Source: Gracilinanus agilis
Lineage: Eukaryota
Length of the DNA stretch: 64,000 nucleotides
Reading direction: 5' to 3'
NCBI RefSeq assembly: GCF_016433145.1
Contig: NC_058132.1
Span: 85,070,210 to 85,134,209 of the forward strand
How positions within the stretch are numbered: position 1 is the stretch's first letter; every line of letters starts with the position of its first letter. Made by a program: the position numbers and the translations under genes. This document shows positions 14,405 through 27,200 of this stretch, piece after piece. The notes below the pieces were generated by a model, which was not told the origin of the DNA, searched no databases, and was given only the letters and a program-made list of their open reading frames with translations.

Positions 14405-14720
14405 TTCCTACTATTCCTAGTTCTCACTCTGTGACTATCTTGTCTCCTTTTCCATCTTATTTTACCTTGAATGATATCTCTTATGCCAGTTAATACACAT
14501 ATACCATGGTTAGAATATATTGAAACTGATATGAACCCATTATATGTCTCTATTGATCTTTTACAGTCTCAATGATAGACTGATCTCTAACCTGAGACCC
14601 AATTGGCAAAGTATGGAAAAGTTCATCACCAGTAGGATGGCAGTCTTTATAATTATGACAATCTATGAAACAATCCATTGTTACCATCAAAAATGCAGTA
14701 GCTCATAATTCTACAATATA
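14405..14720 (-). mobile_element. Probable RTE LINE 3' fragment; another on + at about 43700-44260
   Basis: Degenerate RTE-like ORF2 C-terminal text. Family assigned by recollection only. Confidence 0.45.
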
Positions 14721-15213
14721 TTAAGTATCTTCCCCGGAAATATAAACCTTTTTTTTCATGCTCAGAGAGCTGACAGGCTGAGGAAAAGACACATAAATGA
14801 CACAAAGATGACTGGCAACACTGAACAATGATATGGGCTAGAAAATATATATATGGTGACAATGATTATACAACACAATTTATATAAACCATGTTAAGTT
14901 TTGTACTTTTCCAAATACATTCCCATTGTCGATTTTAACTGATCCTTTCAATGGACTGAAAGGTAAGAAGAGCAAGTTTTTGCATTAAGATAAAGACTCT
15001 GAAGCCCAAAGTAGAACAGCGACTGATTCAAAGCCATCAGCAAGTTGATGTGAAGCAAAAAACAAGGCCCCCTAACTCAAAGGGATCTTTTCACTAGCTT
15101 CTGAGAAGCTTAAAAACAATGGAACATTCTGGAGGCCTAGAGTATCTAGCAAAGTTCATTGAACCAGGCTAAAAAGTAGTCAGCTCTTTTCTGACATTTT
15201 ACCCCTTAGCTAA

Positions 15214-15564
<351 letters not shown>

Positions 15565-16650
15565 TGAAATGTGACTTTAGCACTGATACCAAATACTAAA
15601 ATACTACTTCCTGATATTCCACATCTCCTGACCACAGGCATCTCCTTTCCTATCCTTTTTTTGTTTATAATGATCCATTGATAATTTTTAGAAATCAACC
15701 TAGTTAACCTAATTAATAAAAAGCAACATAATTGGTTAATTTGGCTATTACCATATAATTAACTTCTCAAGTCTCCTGTTCCTAAATTTTGCTATTTTTA
15801 TTTACGAACGAGGAAGGAAAGCTATCATCAGGCAGGATCTGAAAATTAGGGTGAACAGTGGATGTTGCCAACAGAAATCATTCAATCTCAGAGATGGAAG
15901 AGATCTTGGAGACTATTTAATGTATCCCTTCCCTGAATCATGAATCCTCTATGCAGCTAAGATGTCCAAACTCTGCCCTAAACCTCCTGAGATTTAGAGA
16001 ACTCAGTACCTACAAAGGCTGCCCATTCCATTTTTGGACAGCTCTAATTTTTTTTCCTTCATTAGCAATAGTTCTGCCTTCTGTAAGTTCCCTCTGGCAC
16101 TAGGCAAAACAAGCATCATTCCTCTTCCACATGACAAGCCCATCAAATATGATCCTTACATCTCTCCTAGGCTTTATCAAAATAATAAGGTCCAAGACAG
16201 CAAGGAAGAAGAAGCCCAAGGAGAGAATGAGATACTTTGCCCTTTGGTTATATCCCTAACCAGGGATTTATATGTTTACTTCATCAGTAAACCTGGGAAA
16301 ATTTTTTATGTGAAGGAAACAAAATTTATTGATTCAAGTGAGATTATTAATTTTGTATGGATTTCACACATTCCAGTTCTCCTTACCTTCTTCTTTAAAC
16401 CCATTACAAATAAGAATCAATAATTCACCAAAAATCAACTTTGTAACTAACTTATTTAAATTTTTGTTTGCCCTGTGCTATTTGGGAACCAAATTAATTT
16501 ATTACTGAGTTTAACTATGGCTTTGTCAACATGACTAGCTTCCTTGGATTGAACTGACCCATAAGTTTATTGAACTAAAATGACCTATTATTTGATTGTA
16601 CCTAATCATAGAAAGCATTATTTTCTGCTGTAATGCCAAGAGGCTTCTGA

Positions 16651-16905
<255 letters not shown>

Positions 16906-17239
16906 TGACTTAGGGTAACAGTATCCTATTTCATGTTTATTTTTATAACTTTTCCTCAATACTTCCAAATATCAGGATATTCTTAAATATGTTCTAGGCA
17001 CTGTGAGAAATAGAGAAAAATGGAAAACATAGTTGATACCTGAAGTAACTTTCAATCTAGTTGGGAAGACAAAATTAATACACATACCAGAGAGAAGACA
17101 TATCAGTGCTAAATGTTATATAACTCCAAAAAAGAATACTCATACTTCACCTTGACAAAAATGAACTAGAATTCATTTATTGGACACTGACTAGAAGTGT
17201 TGACACAATCTTTGTCAGGGCTCTGTGTTTCTCTTTTTT

Positions 17240-18590
17240 CCCAATATTCTTGTACTTTTTCAGTCACATGTAAAAACAATTTTTGACAATTGTTTTTTGA
17301 CATTTTAGAATGCCAATTTTCTCCCTTCCTTTCCTCCCCTCCCCTCCCTTCCCCAAGGTGCTGAATAGTGTAATATAAGTTATACCCAGACTTTCATGTA
17401 ATGCATATTTCCATATTGCTCATGGCATAATAGACATATCACACATACAATAGAAATCTTGTGAAGGAAATATAGTGGAAGCATGCTTTGACCTGCTCTC
17501 AGACTCCAACAGTTCCTTCTTTGGTTGAGAATAGCATTTTCATCATAGATCCCTTGTTAGTTATCTTGGAGACTTGCTTTGCTGATTATGGCTTACTTTG
17601 CTGATAAAGGATTACTTCACTGTTGATCACCATATACTATTTCTGCTACTGTATATACATTGTTCTTCTGGTTCTGCTCTCTTCACTTTGTATCAGTTCA
17701 TATAAGTCTTTCCAAGTTTTTCCAAACTCATCTTGTTCATCGTTTCTTCTCAAGCAGTAGTATTCCATAACAACCACATACCACAACTTGTTCATTGATT
17801 CCCCAAATGATGGATAACCCATTAGTTTCCAACTCTTTACCACTGCAAAAATAGCTGCTAAAATATTTTGGTACATATGGGTCCTTTTCCCTTATCTCTG
17901 ATTTCTTTAGGATACAGAGCCAGTAGTAGTATTACTGGGTCAGGGGGTATACATAATTTTGTGACCTTTGTTCCACTGTAGAATTGTTGTATAAGTTCAC
18001 AGTTCCACCAGCAATATATATTAGTGTCCCAATTTTCCCACATCCCCTCTAACATTTATCATTTTTTTTGGTCATGTTAGCCAATCTGGTGTGAGGTGGT
18101 ATCTCAGAATTGTTTTAATTCACATTTCTCTAATCAGTAGTGATTTGTAGCATTTTTTTATATGACTATAGATAGTTTTAATTTCTTCCTCCAAAATTGC
18201 CTATTCATATTCTTTGACTATTTTTCAATTGGGGAATGCTTTGTATCCTTATAAATTTTACTCTATTCTCAACATATTTGAAAAATGAGGCTTTTGGCGA
18301 AGATATTTGTTATAAAATACTTTTCTATTTTGTTATTTCCCTTCTAATCTTGGTTACATTGGTTTTATCCTTTTTAATTTAATGTAATCAAAATTATTGG
18401 TTTCATTTTTCATAATGTTCTTTATGTTTTGTTTGGTCATAAGTCTGACAGAAAATTTACTATGTTCCCCTACTTTTTTATGATGTCATTCTTTATTTCT
18501 AAATCGAGTATCCATTTTCACTTTAACCTGGTGTATGATGTGAGATATTGGTCTGCCATACTAATTTCCGGTTTTCTAGTAGTTTTTGTG
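17240..18590 (-). mobile_element. L1 3' fragment (end of ORF2 plus 3' UTR)
   Basis: Minus ORFs 17646-17876 and 17858-18055 give L1 ORF2 C-terminal text (IYCWWNCELIQ; AIFAVVKSWKLMGYPSFGESMNKLWY). Confidence 0.85.
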
Positions 18591-19280
18591 AAGTAGTGAG
18601 CCCTTTCCCCAAGAATACACCCTACTCCCCAATGACCAGGGTGCCGAAATTTTCTGTAGCACCTACTTTAGCTATGATTTTATGAAATAGTGTGAAAAAT
18701 TGTCAACATGTGGTCTTTTACACAATATTTTCTTTCTTTTCCTCAAATCCATTATATTCTTATCTTTTCACAATCATGAATTTTTCCATTAAAAATCTTT
18801 TCTATAACTTTTTGCTACAGTCTGGTTTCTTCATATTAAATGAATTAGAGATTTCACAGGATTTGATTGTGAACCAATTGGAGAATGGGGAGCTTGTGAT
18901 TCCTTAGAGTAATGAGGGAAGGAGATAAAGCATTAACTTAGCGAGTTCATTTGATGTCTGGATCTGTATCCAGATCCAATCAGTCCATCTCAAATTTAGG
19001 TATTATGACAAAGAAATCCTTTTTGGATCACAATATCTATCAGTTATCAAGCATTTTATTTATTAAGTACCCACTGTGTATCAGGCATCGTGCTTGGCAC
19101 GAGTTCAAAGACTAAAAATAATCCTTAGATGACAAGGATACAAGAAATATACATGACATTATATAATATAAATGACAAGTTAAACCTATATATAAGCCTA
19201 AAATTATAGTATGACTTTATGTATTATATAATTATATTATATATTGTATCATATAATTATATGTTATATAATTATAGTAT

Positions 19281-19418
19281 GCCTGTTCGAGGTCTTCTGG
19301 CTGGAGTATGGAGGTGAGCTTCAATAGAGTACTTTTCCTTCTCTTTACCATTACTACTTTGATGTAATAAAGTTATTAAAGCTACTAGCAGCCTCATAAT
19401 TTAATTTTAACTGTTACA
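19281..19418 (+). mobile_element. LTR 3' fragment (R/U5) with AATAAA at 19366 and ...AACTGTTACA end
   Basis: Poly(A) signal followed by an AT-rich U5 ending in TTACA, like the other LTR ends in the window. Confidence 0.55.
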
Positions 19419-21530
19419 GGAGTATAAAAGTGACAGAGGACAATTTGGCTTGATCACAAGGTATAGGAGGGGGAATAGTTTCTGATGAGACTGAGACTGG
19501 AAACATAGGTTGTGATTAACAGTCATGTAGAACTTTAAAAGCTACAGGTATCTATATTTTATTCTAGAAACAATAGTAAGGCATAGGAGTAAAGGAGCCA
19601 CATGATTAGATCTATACTAAATGAGGATTACTTTCACTATAAACTGGATTGGTAAGAGATGTAAGGCCAGAAAACCAGTTAGGAAGCTATTAAAATAAGC
19701 TAGGTATTAGGTGAAGATGACCTTAGTGGTGTGAGTGGAAGGTGGGGTCAGATGTAGAAGAGTAAGTAGCAAGATTTGGGAATATATTGAATATATAGAG
19801 TGAGGGAGAGCAAAGTGTCAAAAATTATACAAAAATTACAGTACAACAGCTAATGAACATTCTAAGAAGTACCAAAATCTCCAAAACCATAAGAGCTCAT
19901 TTATTCTCCTCAAAGGTTATTGATACAGATTGTAACCAATTTAATGGAGTACATTCATCATTATCTATGTGACAATTAACAAAGGCAAAAAGGAACAAAA
20001 GGTTGTTTAGGCAATATGTGACCTCAGTGGATTTGGTGACAACCCCAAAATCTATAAGGACCTATGGCTTGGCCATGAAAAGGGTTTGCCCAATTTGACT
20101 ATAGGCTTTTACAAAGGTATTATCTCTAGTCCAAGAATAGGACAGTACAAATAAAGATAATAAGATGGTACAACTAAAAACAGTGTAACAGAGCATATAG
20201 CTAATAGCCAAAATACAGTAACTTAATGTGACATACTGTTAACAGAATATATCAGATTAGATCAATATGTGAACTTAAAAACAAAATAAAATCTTTAAAC
20301 AAACAACCACCAAAATAAATAAGCATGACAGGATATGGTCACTCAGTGTCTACAGAAGGTACTCTTTACATGTGAGCAGTGAATCCAAGATTCATTTTCT
20401 CCAATTTTGATAGCTGTTGGAGTGGTTAATAAGACTTTAAATGGACCTTCCCAGGCAGGCTGAGTTTCCCTAGTACACTGGAAGTTCTTTATATACACCT
20501 TGTCTCCAAGGTGTAGGTCATGGAGCAAGAAGTGTATAGGTCCTGCTTGTACAGCAGCCCTGGATTCATGGAGTTCTCATAATTTGATCTGTAAATCCTG
20601 GATATATGTAGCAATAGAAGTGTCTCCCCAAAGTAATGATGTGTCTGCAGGAGAAAAAGGCTTAGCCTTCATAGGGTGATGTCCAAAACGCATCTCAAAT
20701 GGTGAGATATATAGATTTCCCTTGAGCCTGCTTCAAAGATAAAAATAGAGCTAGAGGGAGAATTTCAGACCATTTTAAATGAGTCTCAGTGCACAATTTG
20801 ACAATCATGATCTTAAGATCTCTATTCATTCTCTCAACTTGGCCTGAGCTCTGAGGATGATACAGTACATGGAATTTAGGAACGATCCCCAAATAAGAAT
20901 ATATCTGAGACAGAACCAAATCAGTAAAGTGAATTCCCTTGTCTGAATCAATACATCCAGGCAGACCAAAGCAAGGAATAATCTCTTTTAAGTGTACCTT
21001 GGCAACAAAAGCTCTTTGGCCCAGGCAGTAGGAAATGCTTCTGGCCATATGGTCATTTGAACCACTACAATTAGACAAAATTTATACTGTCCAGCCTTTG
21101 GCATAGTGATAAAGTCAATTTTTAGGTGTGTAAGCAAGAGGATGCCCACTAAAAGCTTTGCCAAAAGGTGTGCTGATTATATGGTTGGCTGGTGTGGCAG
21201 GCTGCATACACTTTAAAGGATAAAGTAGTTATACCAGGGGCTATCCATACTCTTTTAACAGAGTCTACAATATCCTGGGTACCAAAGTGACCATTTTTAT
21301 GAATGAATAGGCATATTTGGTTATAAAAACTTCTATGAAGTAGGGGTTTTCCTTCAGATGACACCCATACTCCATATATCTGTTTTGCCTTAAATTTTTA
21401 CTTCCATTTTTCCACTTCCTGTTCATTATAAGAAAGGGATAAATTTAAGTCATTACTAGTTGTCAATGTTAAAATTAATTTAGGTACTTCTAAGGCATCT
21501 CATTTCATTGCAGTGTCTGCCTGGTGGTTA

Positions 21531-21722
21531 CAGTGGTTCCCAAACTTTTTTGGCCTACTGCCCCTTTTCAAAAAAAAAATATTATTTAGTGCTCCCTGGA
21601 AATCATGAAACTATTTATTGATCTCAGAATATAATATAATATAATAAAGTATGGCCATCACCACTCCCTGGATAGCTGCAGCACCCACCAGGGGGCGGTA
21701 GTGCCCACTTTGGGACTCACTG
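21531..21722 (-). mobile_element. Non-autonomous hAT (Charlie-like) MITE, about 192 bp, inside the ERV RNase H
   Basis: TIRs CAGTGGTTCCCAAA / TTTGGGACTCACTG. Reverse-complement homologue of 32147-32338. Confidence 0.85.
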
Positions 21723-21999
21723 CTCTAGGAACAGGGTTAGTTCCACCTGTATGGGCAGAGCAATGCTATACCTAGGGCTTCAGGGAACTGGAGAGCAGAA
21801 TAACTTCTTTAATGATTTCTGCATTTGTGATACATTTTCCAGCTAAGGTTAAAAATCTCCTTTGAAGCCATAGCATACCCACTGCATGACGTATTCCAAA
21901 TACATATCTAGAGTCTGTGTAAATAGTTGCCTTCTTGTCTTTGGAAATTATACAGGCATGCTTCAGAGTTATCAGTTCTGAACCTTGAGCACTTATATT

Positions 22000-23299
22000 T
22001 ATAAGGGTTAAAAATTAAGGTTGGACTAAATATAAGAGAAATGTGGTTGCTGAAATGACTTTATAGTAGTTTTCTTTACAAAATGGAGGGAAATAGTAAG
22101 GTAGAGAAATGAGAAAGAGGGTAGAGTGAGAAATCTAGCTTAATGAGCTAAATATCTATTCGTGTGTCTGGTGTTGCTCCAGCAGGGCTCCATAAGCCCA
22201 GCTGGAGGGCCCAGAGGTAATTAGGTATTACCCACTCAGCCTCCAAAAGGGAGGCCTATCTGATATTAATCTCTCCTGCAGTCAGGAAAAGAAGGTCAGC
22301 TTTTTCCACTCACCAATCCAAAATCAAGAGCATATTCACTAAATGATCCTCCACCAACTTTGACAACCTCAAAAGATCTCTAACACCTCCAAAAATTTTC
22401 TCACAAAAACTCCCTCTCACAGACAGTTGCAACTACTTTTAAAGACCCTTCTTTGCATCACTTCCTGTGCCTTCCTCCACTTTATGTGGCCCAATTGTAG
22501 TTTATAAATTTTCTTAAGACTGCCCAGGGGGGCAGCTGGGTAGCTCAGTGGATTGAGTCAGGTCTAGAGACGGGAGGTCCTAGGTTCAAATCCAGCCTCA
22601 GACACTTCCCAGCTTTGTGACCTTGGGCAAGTCACTTGACCCCCATTACCCACCCTTACCACTCTTCCACCTAGGAGCCAATACACAGAAGTTAAGGGTT
22701 TAAAAAAAAAGGCTGCATAGGGGCGGTCAGTCATTTCTGAGTTGTCACTCACTTTAGCACATGGTTTGTGGACCTCCACCCACTTAAGCATAAAGTGGGG
22801 GTATATATACTTCTGGTGATTAAATCTAAAAGTGAACAGGGGAGAGTTACTCCCATCTTCACAATCCCCCCTTTGTTCCTTTGGGAGACTAGTCTCCCTA
22901 GTGGATCATTTGACATAATCATCTTGTACCCCTTAAAATCTTCTAACTATAGGTGCATATAATATTTTACCTTCTAAGAGAAAACTACAATAGTTAGAGA
23001 TTTGAAAGAAATAGAAGAGTGAGAAAACAAAACCAGTATTTGCTAGGTGCATTGACAAAAAGCCAATTGGGGGCAGCCGCCTATGGCATAAGAGTATACA
23101 TTCAAAATAAATGTGTTCAACCCCCTTTCTTTCAATGAATTGTACCCCAAAGCTCATTCTGGATCTTCTGATGCCATGTAGGTTTCTGCAGTCATCTTTC
23201 TCCAAACAGTTAATTTTCTTGATTCAAGGAATTAGTGAGCTTCTTTCCCTGAAATTTTTCTTCAAAAAAATTTAAATCATGGATTTTATGAGAAATACA
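22000..23299 (-). mobile_element. LTR-type insertion inside the ERV RNase H, 4-bp TSD (tatt at 21996-21999 and 23300-23303); module 22864-23299 plus LTR core 22000-22863
   Basis: Removing it and one TSD restores PSNISAQGSEL in frame. Minus-strand ends are TGTATTTC and CCCTTATA (degenerate ...TTACA). Confidence 0.85.
22527..22710 (+). mobile_element. Opossum-type tRNA-derived SINE1 nested in the LTR
   Basis: gggggcagctgggtagctcagtggattgag (A box), ggttcaaatcc (B box), CORE segment, A tail and a degenerate TSD aagactgcccag/aaggctgcatag. Confidence 0.9.
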
Positions 23300-25399
23300 T
23301 ATTTGAGGGCAGTGAAGCTGAGTACACGGTGGCAAATTCTGTGACTACAGCAGCTCCAGTGTAGTATATGCCATCCCTTGTGAAAGAAGAACCATCAGTG
23401 AATAAGACTAAGTCTGGGTTATTTAAAGGAGTGTCCAGGAGATCATCTTGAGGCTTTTCAGCCATGGACACTAAAGATTCACAACTGTGAAAAGGTTCTC
23501 CTGAAACCTGTAAATTAGGACGTAAGGTTGGAAGGTTAAGAACTGTATAGCATTTCAAGGTGAAATTCTCGTTACCTAACAAGGTTACCTCATATCTAGT
23601 GAGCCTTTGATCAGAAAATGCCTGTGTTCTATGTCTTAGCAACAATGCTTTGGGCACATTATGGTTAATGGGCATCCCAAGACTAAATCAGCAGACTTAG
23701 TTACCAACAAATCTGTGGCAGCCTCTAAGACATGGTGATGTTCCTGAAGCTACTGGGTCTAGCAACTGGATGCTGTTCGGGTCCCAAAGGTTGAGTTAAA
23801 ACACCTGAAGCTACCCCTCTATGTTCATGTACATACAAAGTAAATGGCTTTTTGTAATCTGGAATGCCTAGAGCAGGGGCAAACAGGATAGCCTGTTATA
23901 ATTTTGAAAGAGCTGACAGGTTTTTGCCTCTAATTTAAGCGGTTCAGGGACTGAATTTTTTGTCAGAGCTATAAGAGGCTTGGTGATTTCCCCAAAGCAA
24001 GAGGTTCATTGCCTACAAAATCCTGTTACTCATAAAATTGCCCTCAACTGTTTCTTAGTGGAGGGGGCACTGCTCAATTTCTGAATATCTTCAATGTGCT
24101 TAGGGGAAATGGAGTGGGCACCAACAGTTAAAATGAACCCTAAATATTTCACTTTGGGGGAGATACAACTGAACTTTTGCCTATGAGATCTTGTGGCCTC
24201 ATTTATGTAGCTCTAAAAGGAAATGTTTGCTATCTTCCAGGCATTCTGTGGCATTTGGTGAGGCTAAGAGCAAATCATCTACAAACTATATCAAAGAGCT
24301 CTCCTTAAACCTAAAATTTTATAAATCCTGTCTTAATACCTGTGAGAATAATGTGGAACTTTCCATGAACCCTTGTGGTAACCAACACCATGTTCACTGA
24401 GAACCTTTCCAAGGAAAGGCAAATGTATTCCTTGAATTTCCATGAATATGGATTGAGAAGAATGCTGAGCACAGGTCTACCACAGTAAAATATGTGACTA
24501 TGCTGGGAATAGAGGAGATAATTGTGACTGGGATAGGAACCACATGATGCCTCTTAATGACATGATTATTTACAGTCCTTAAATCCTATACAAATTGATA
24601 GTTTTTCCATCTGGGCCTAACTTGGGCTTTTTTACAGGTTGGATAGGTGTATTATATTCAGATTTGCATGGAATTATTATTCCTCACTCAAATAATGAAT
24701 CTATCACTAGAGTAATTCCCTCAATTGCCTCTTTTCATAGAGAATACTGAGGAATAGGAGGTGGGCCACCTTTTGTCTTAATTTGAACAGGATCTGCTGA
24801 ATTAAGTAGGCCTACATCAGAAGAAGATGTGGCCCAGAGAGACTTAGGTATATCAACTGGCATTTTAAAGGTGGGAGGCTCTTTCACCTCCTGACTGTCT
24901 GAAAAAAGAACAGGGAGCAAATTTAAGGATTCCTCAGGCAATTCTAGTGACATAGAGCCATCTGTAGAGCATGTTATTGTGATTATAAGCTTACATAAAA
25001 GATATCTCCCTAACAAATTTGTAGGGGAGCTAGGCAGGCATTAGAAGGAAAGAATATTCTTTTGATAGGGGTTTCACAGATACCATTTGAGGGCAAAGCT
25101 TTGGGACCTTTATGGGTGACCCTGATACCCCTAATACATTTAGCAAGCCAATAGAATCACATTCAGAATCAGGTTTACTCATCAATACCAATCTGGATGC
25201 TCCATTTTCTAAGAGGCAATCATAATACATGTTTCCAACTTTTAGGGTTACATGAAGTTCATTGTCATGGGGCAGGGCAGAGAATAAACTGGGATAACTG
25301 GCATTAAAACATCAGGGTCCAAGAAATCAAAGGTTTCACACTCTGATTCCAGAACCCTTTCTCCCCCTCTCCCCCACTTCATAAAGATCCTTAGCTATT

Positions 25400-27200
25400 T
25401 CTCTTGCACCCTCCACACTGAGGGGAATTTTCACCCTGAGTATAGAGTGAAAAAGCCCCATTATGGGTATTTTGGTGTGAGTTATCAGTTGCCTCATTTG
25501 GGTTATTATTTCTGTAATTGTTATTATTTCTGAAATTGTTATTATTTCTATTTGCCTGATTCTACTTTTTTATAGATCATCATTATGATCCCTTTTTCCA
25601 CAGAAGTAGCACATTAATGATTTATTTGTGGATTCCTGCAAAGGAACTATGGCCTCTTAGTTTGGAGCTATGGCCACTCCTTGGTTTTCTTTTTCTTTTC
25701 TAATTTCCTCCTTTTAAAATGTTTATTTCTTTCCTTGATTCCTCCACTAAGTCATTGTTCTCCTCATCTTTCTTTTCATGACCATTAAAGACATAAACTA
25801 CTACTCTCCTCAATTTATCAAGGTTCATATTAGCCGAATTCAGCAGTTAGTCTTAAAATAGTCTCTCACCAATTTACAACAGTTGTTTACAAACTGCCTC
25901 CTTATTTACCTGACATCTCTTTTTCTGGAAAGATCTAAGTCTACATATCTACCTCCCAGCTCAATAAGTCTATCCATAAACTGGGAAGGATTTTCCTCAG
26001 ATTTTTGCTTTAGACTCTTAAACTTCATCCATGTAGCAGGCCTATCAGAAAAAAGCTCTCATTGCTGTTAGTAATGCTTCTCTAGCCTGGCATAGTTTTA
26101 AGTAATCTTTTTCATTATTCACATTCCATTTAGGGTCAGTCTGGGGCCAATGAATTGCTCTCCTTCCTTGAGCCTAATTAACAAGAGAAACAATTTTATT
26201 TTTCTCTCTTTCTGTCAAAAAGGCTTGGAACAAAATTTCTATGTCTATCCATACAGGATCACAAGTCCAACAAATGCTTTCAAGCTTTTTAATAACTGCA
26301 ATAGGCTCATCTTCAAAAGAAGGAGTATTTTGCTTGAATCTCTTAATATCTTGAGGGGGACAAGGGTATTTGGTGCCTGAAGGTGATTCAATCTCCCCCT
26401 TTATTATAATTGGGTACTTCTCTTAAGGGGAATAGGCCTTTAACTAAATTATTTGTGCTTTCTGTCTCTTGGCTGGATGTTTGGGTTGCTATGGAGCAGG
26501 AAAGGGAAAGGGAAGGAGTAGGTAAGCTAAGAGGAGGAAGGGGTTGGTTTGGGGATGGGGAGGCAGGGTGGGAGGAATGGAGGTAGACATGGGTGAAAGG
26601 GAAGGGAGGAGGTGGTTGGGTAGAGGAGGGAGGGGCTGGGACAGGGATGGGGACAGAGGAGGGAGTGGGTCAAGTAGAGGAGAGAGGACTGGGATAGAGG
26701 AAGAAGAGGAAGAGGCAGGGTGAAGGGAGATCTGGCAGGGGTGGAAGTGGGGAGAGGAAGGGGGGGTAGGTGGAAAGTAGAGGAGGGAGCAGGGGAGACA
26801 GATGGAGAAGTGCAGCAAAGGTAGAAGATGGTGGAGTCAGGCCATGAGCTTCCAAAAACTGAGCAAGATGAGTTAGGAGGTAATCAGCTTGAGGTATGGG
26901 CTGGATAGGTTTAGAGGGAGAGGAATCTTCCATCTGAATCTTGAGATTACTCAAGTATTTCTCAATGTTGTCTATTTGAGTCTGTAGGCTAATCAAGGTA
27001 ACCTGTTGATTTTTCTTGAGGAGAAATAGATAAAGTGTAAAATATCCTATGAATAATAGCCCATCCAGGAACAGTGCTAAACAAAGCCATTCTGAAATTG
27101 TGATTTGTTCGAACACAGTAAAGTTCTCTGGGAACAAAAATTGTTTCAAATGGAAAGGAAACTGTTCCTGCATTTTCTGCACCATGATTGTAAACAGCAT
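25400..27200 (-). pseudogene. ERV gag remnant (TM segment, coiled coil, Pro-rich, CA, NC, Asn-rich tail)
   Basis: ATG at 27200. LFPLREVP (CA start) at about 26412-26435 is in the same frame. MHR at about 25960-26010, CCHC remnant at about 25590-25615. Several stops and frameshifts. Confidence 0.85.

Larger units (their letters stand above)
20343..25330 (-). pseudogene. ERV pro-pol remnant (protease about 25030-25330; RT about 23700-24800; RNase H split 23300-23480 / 21723-21995 / 21480-21530; integrase 20343-21370)
   Basis: ORF track 25030, 24735, 23286, 21149, 20695 and 20343 plus hand translation. Catalytic motifs are degraded. Confidence 0.92.

Noticed and set aside
22527-22600. tRNA-like A and B boxes
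   Set aside because: This is the head of a tRNA-derived SINE with CORE body, A tail and TSD. There is no cloverleaf or acceptor stem.
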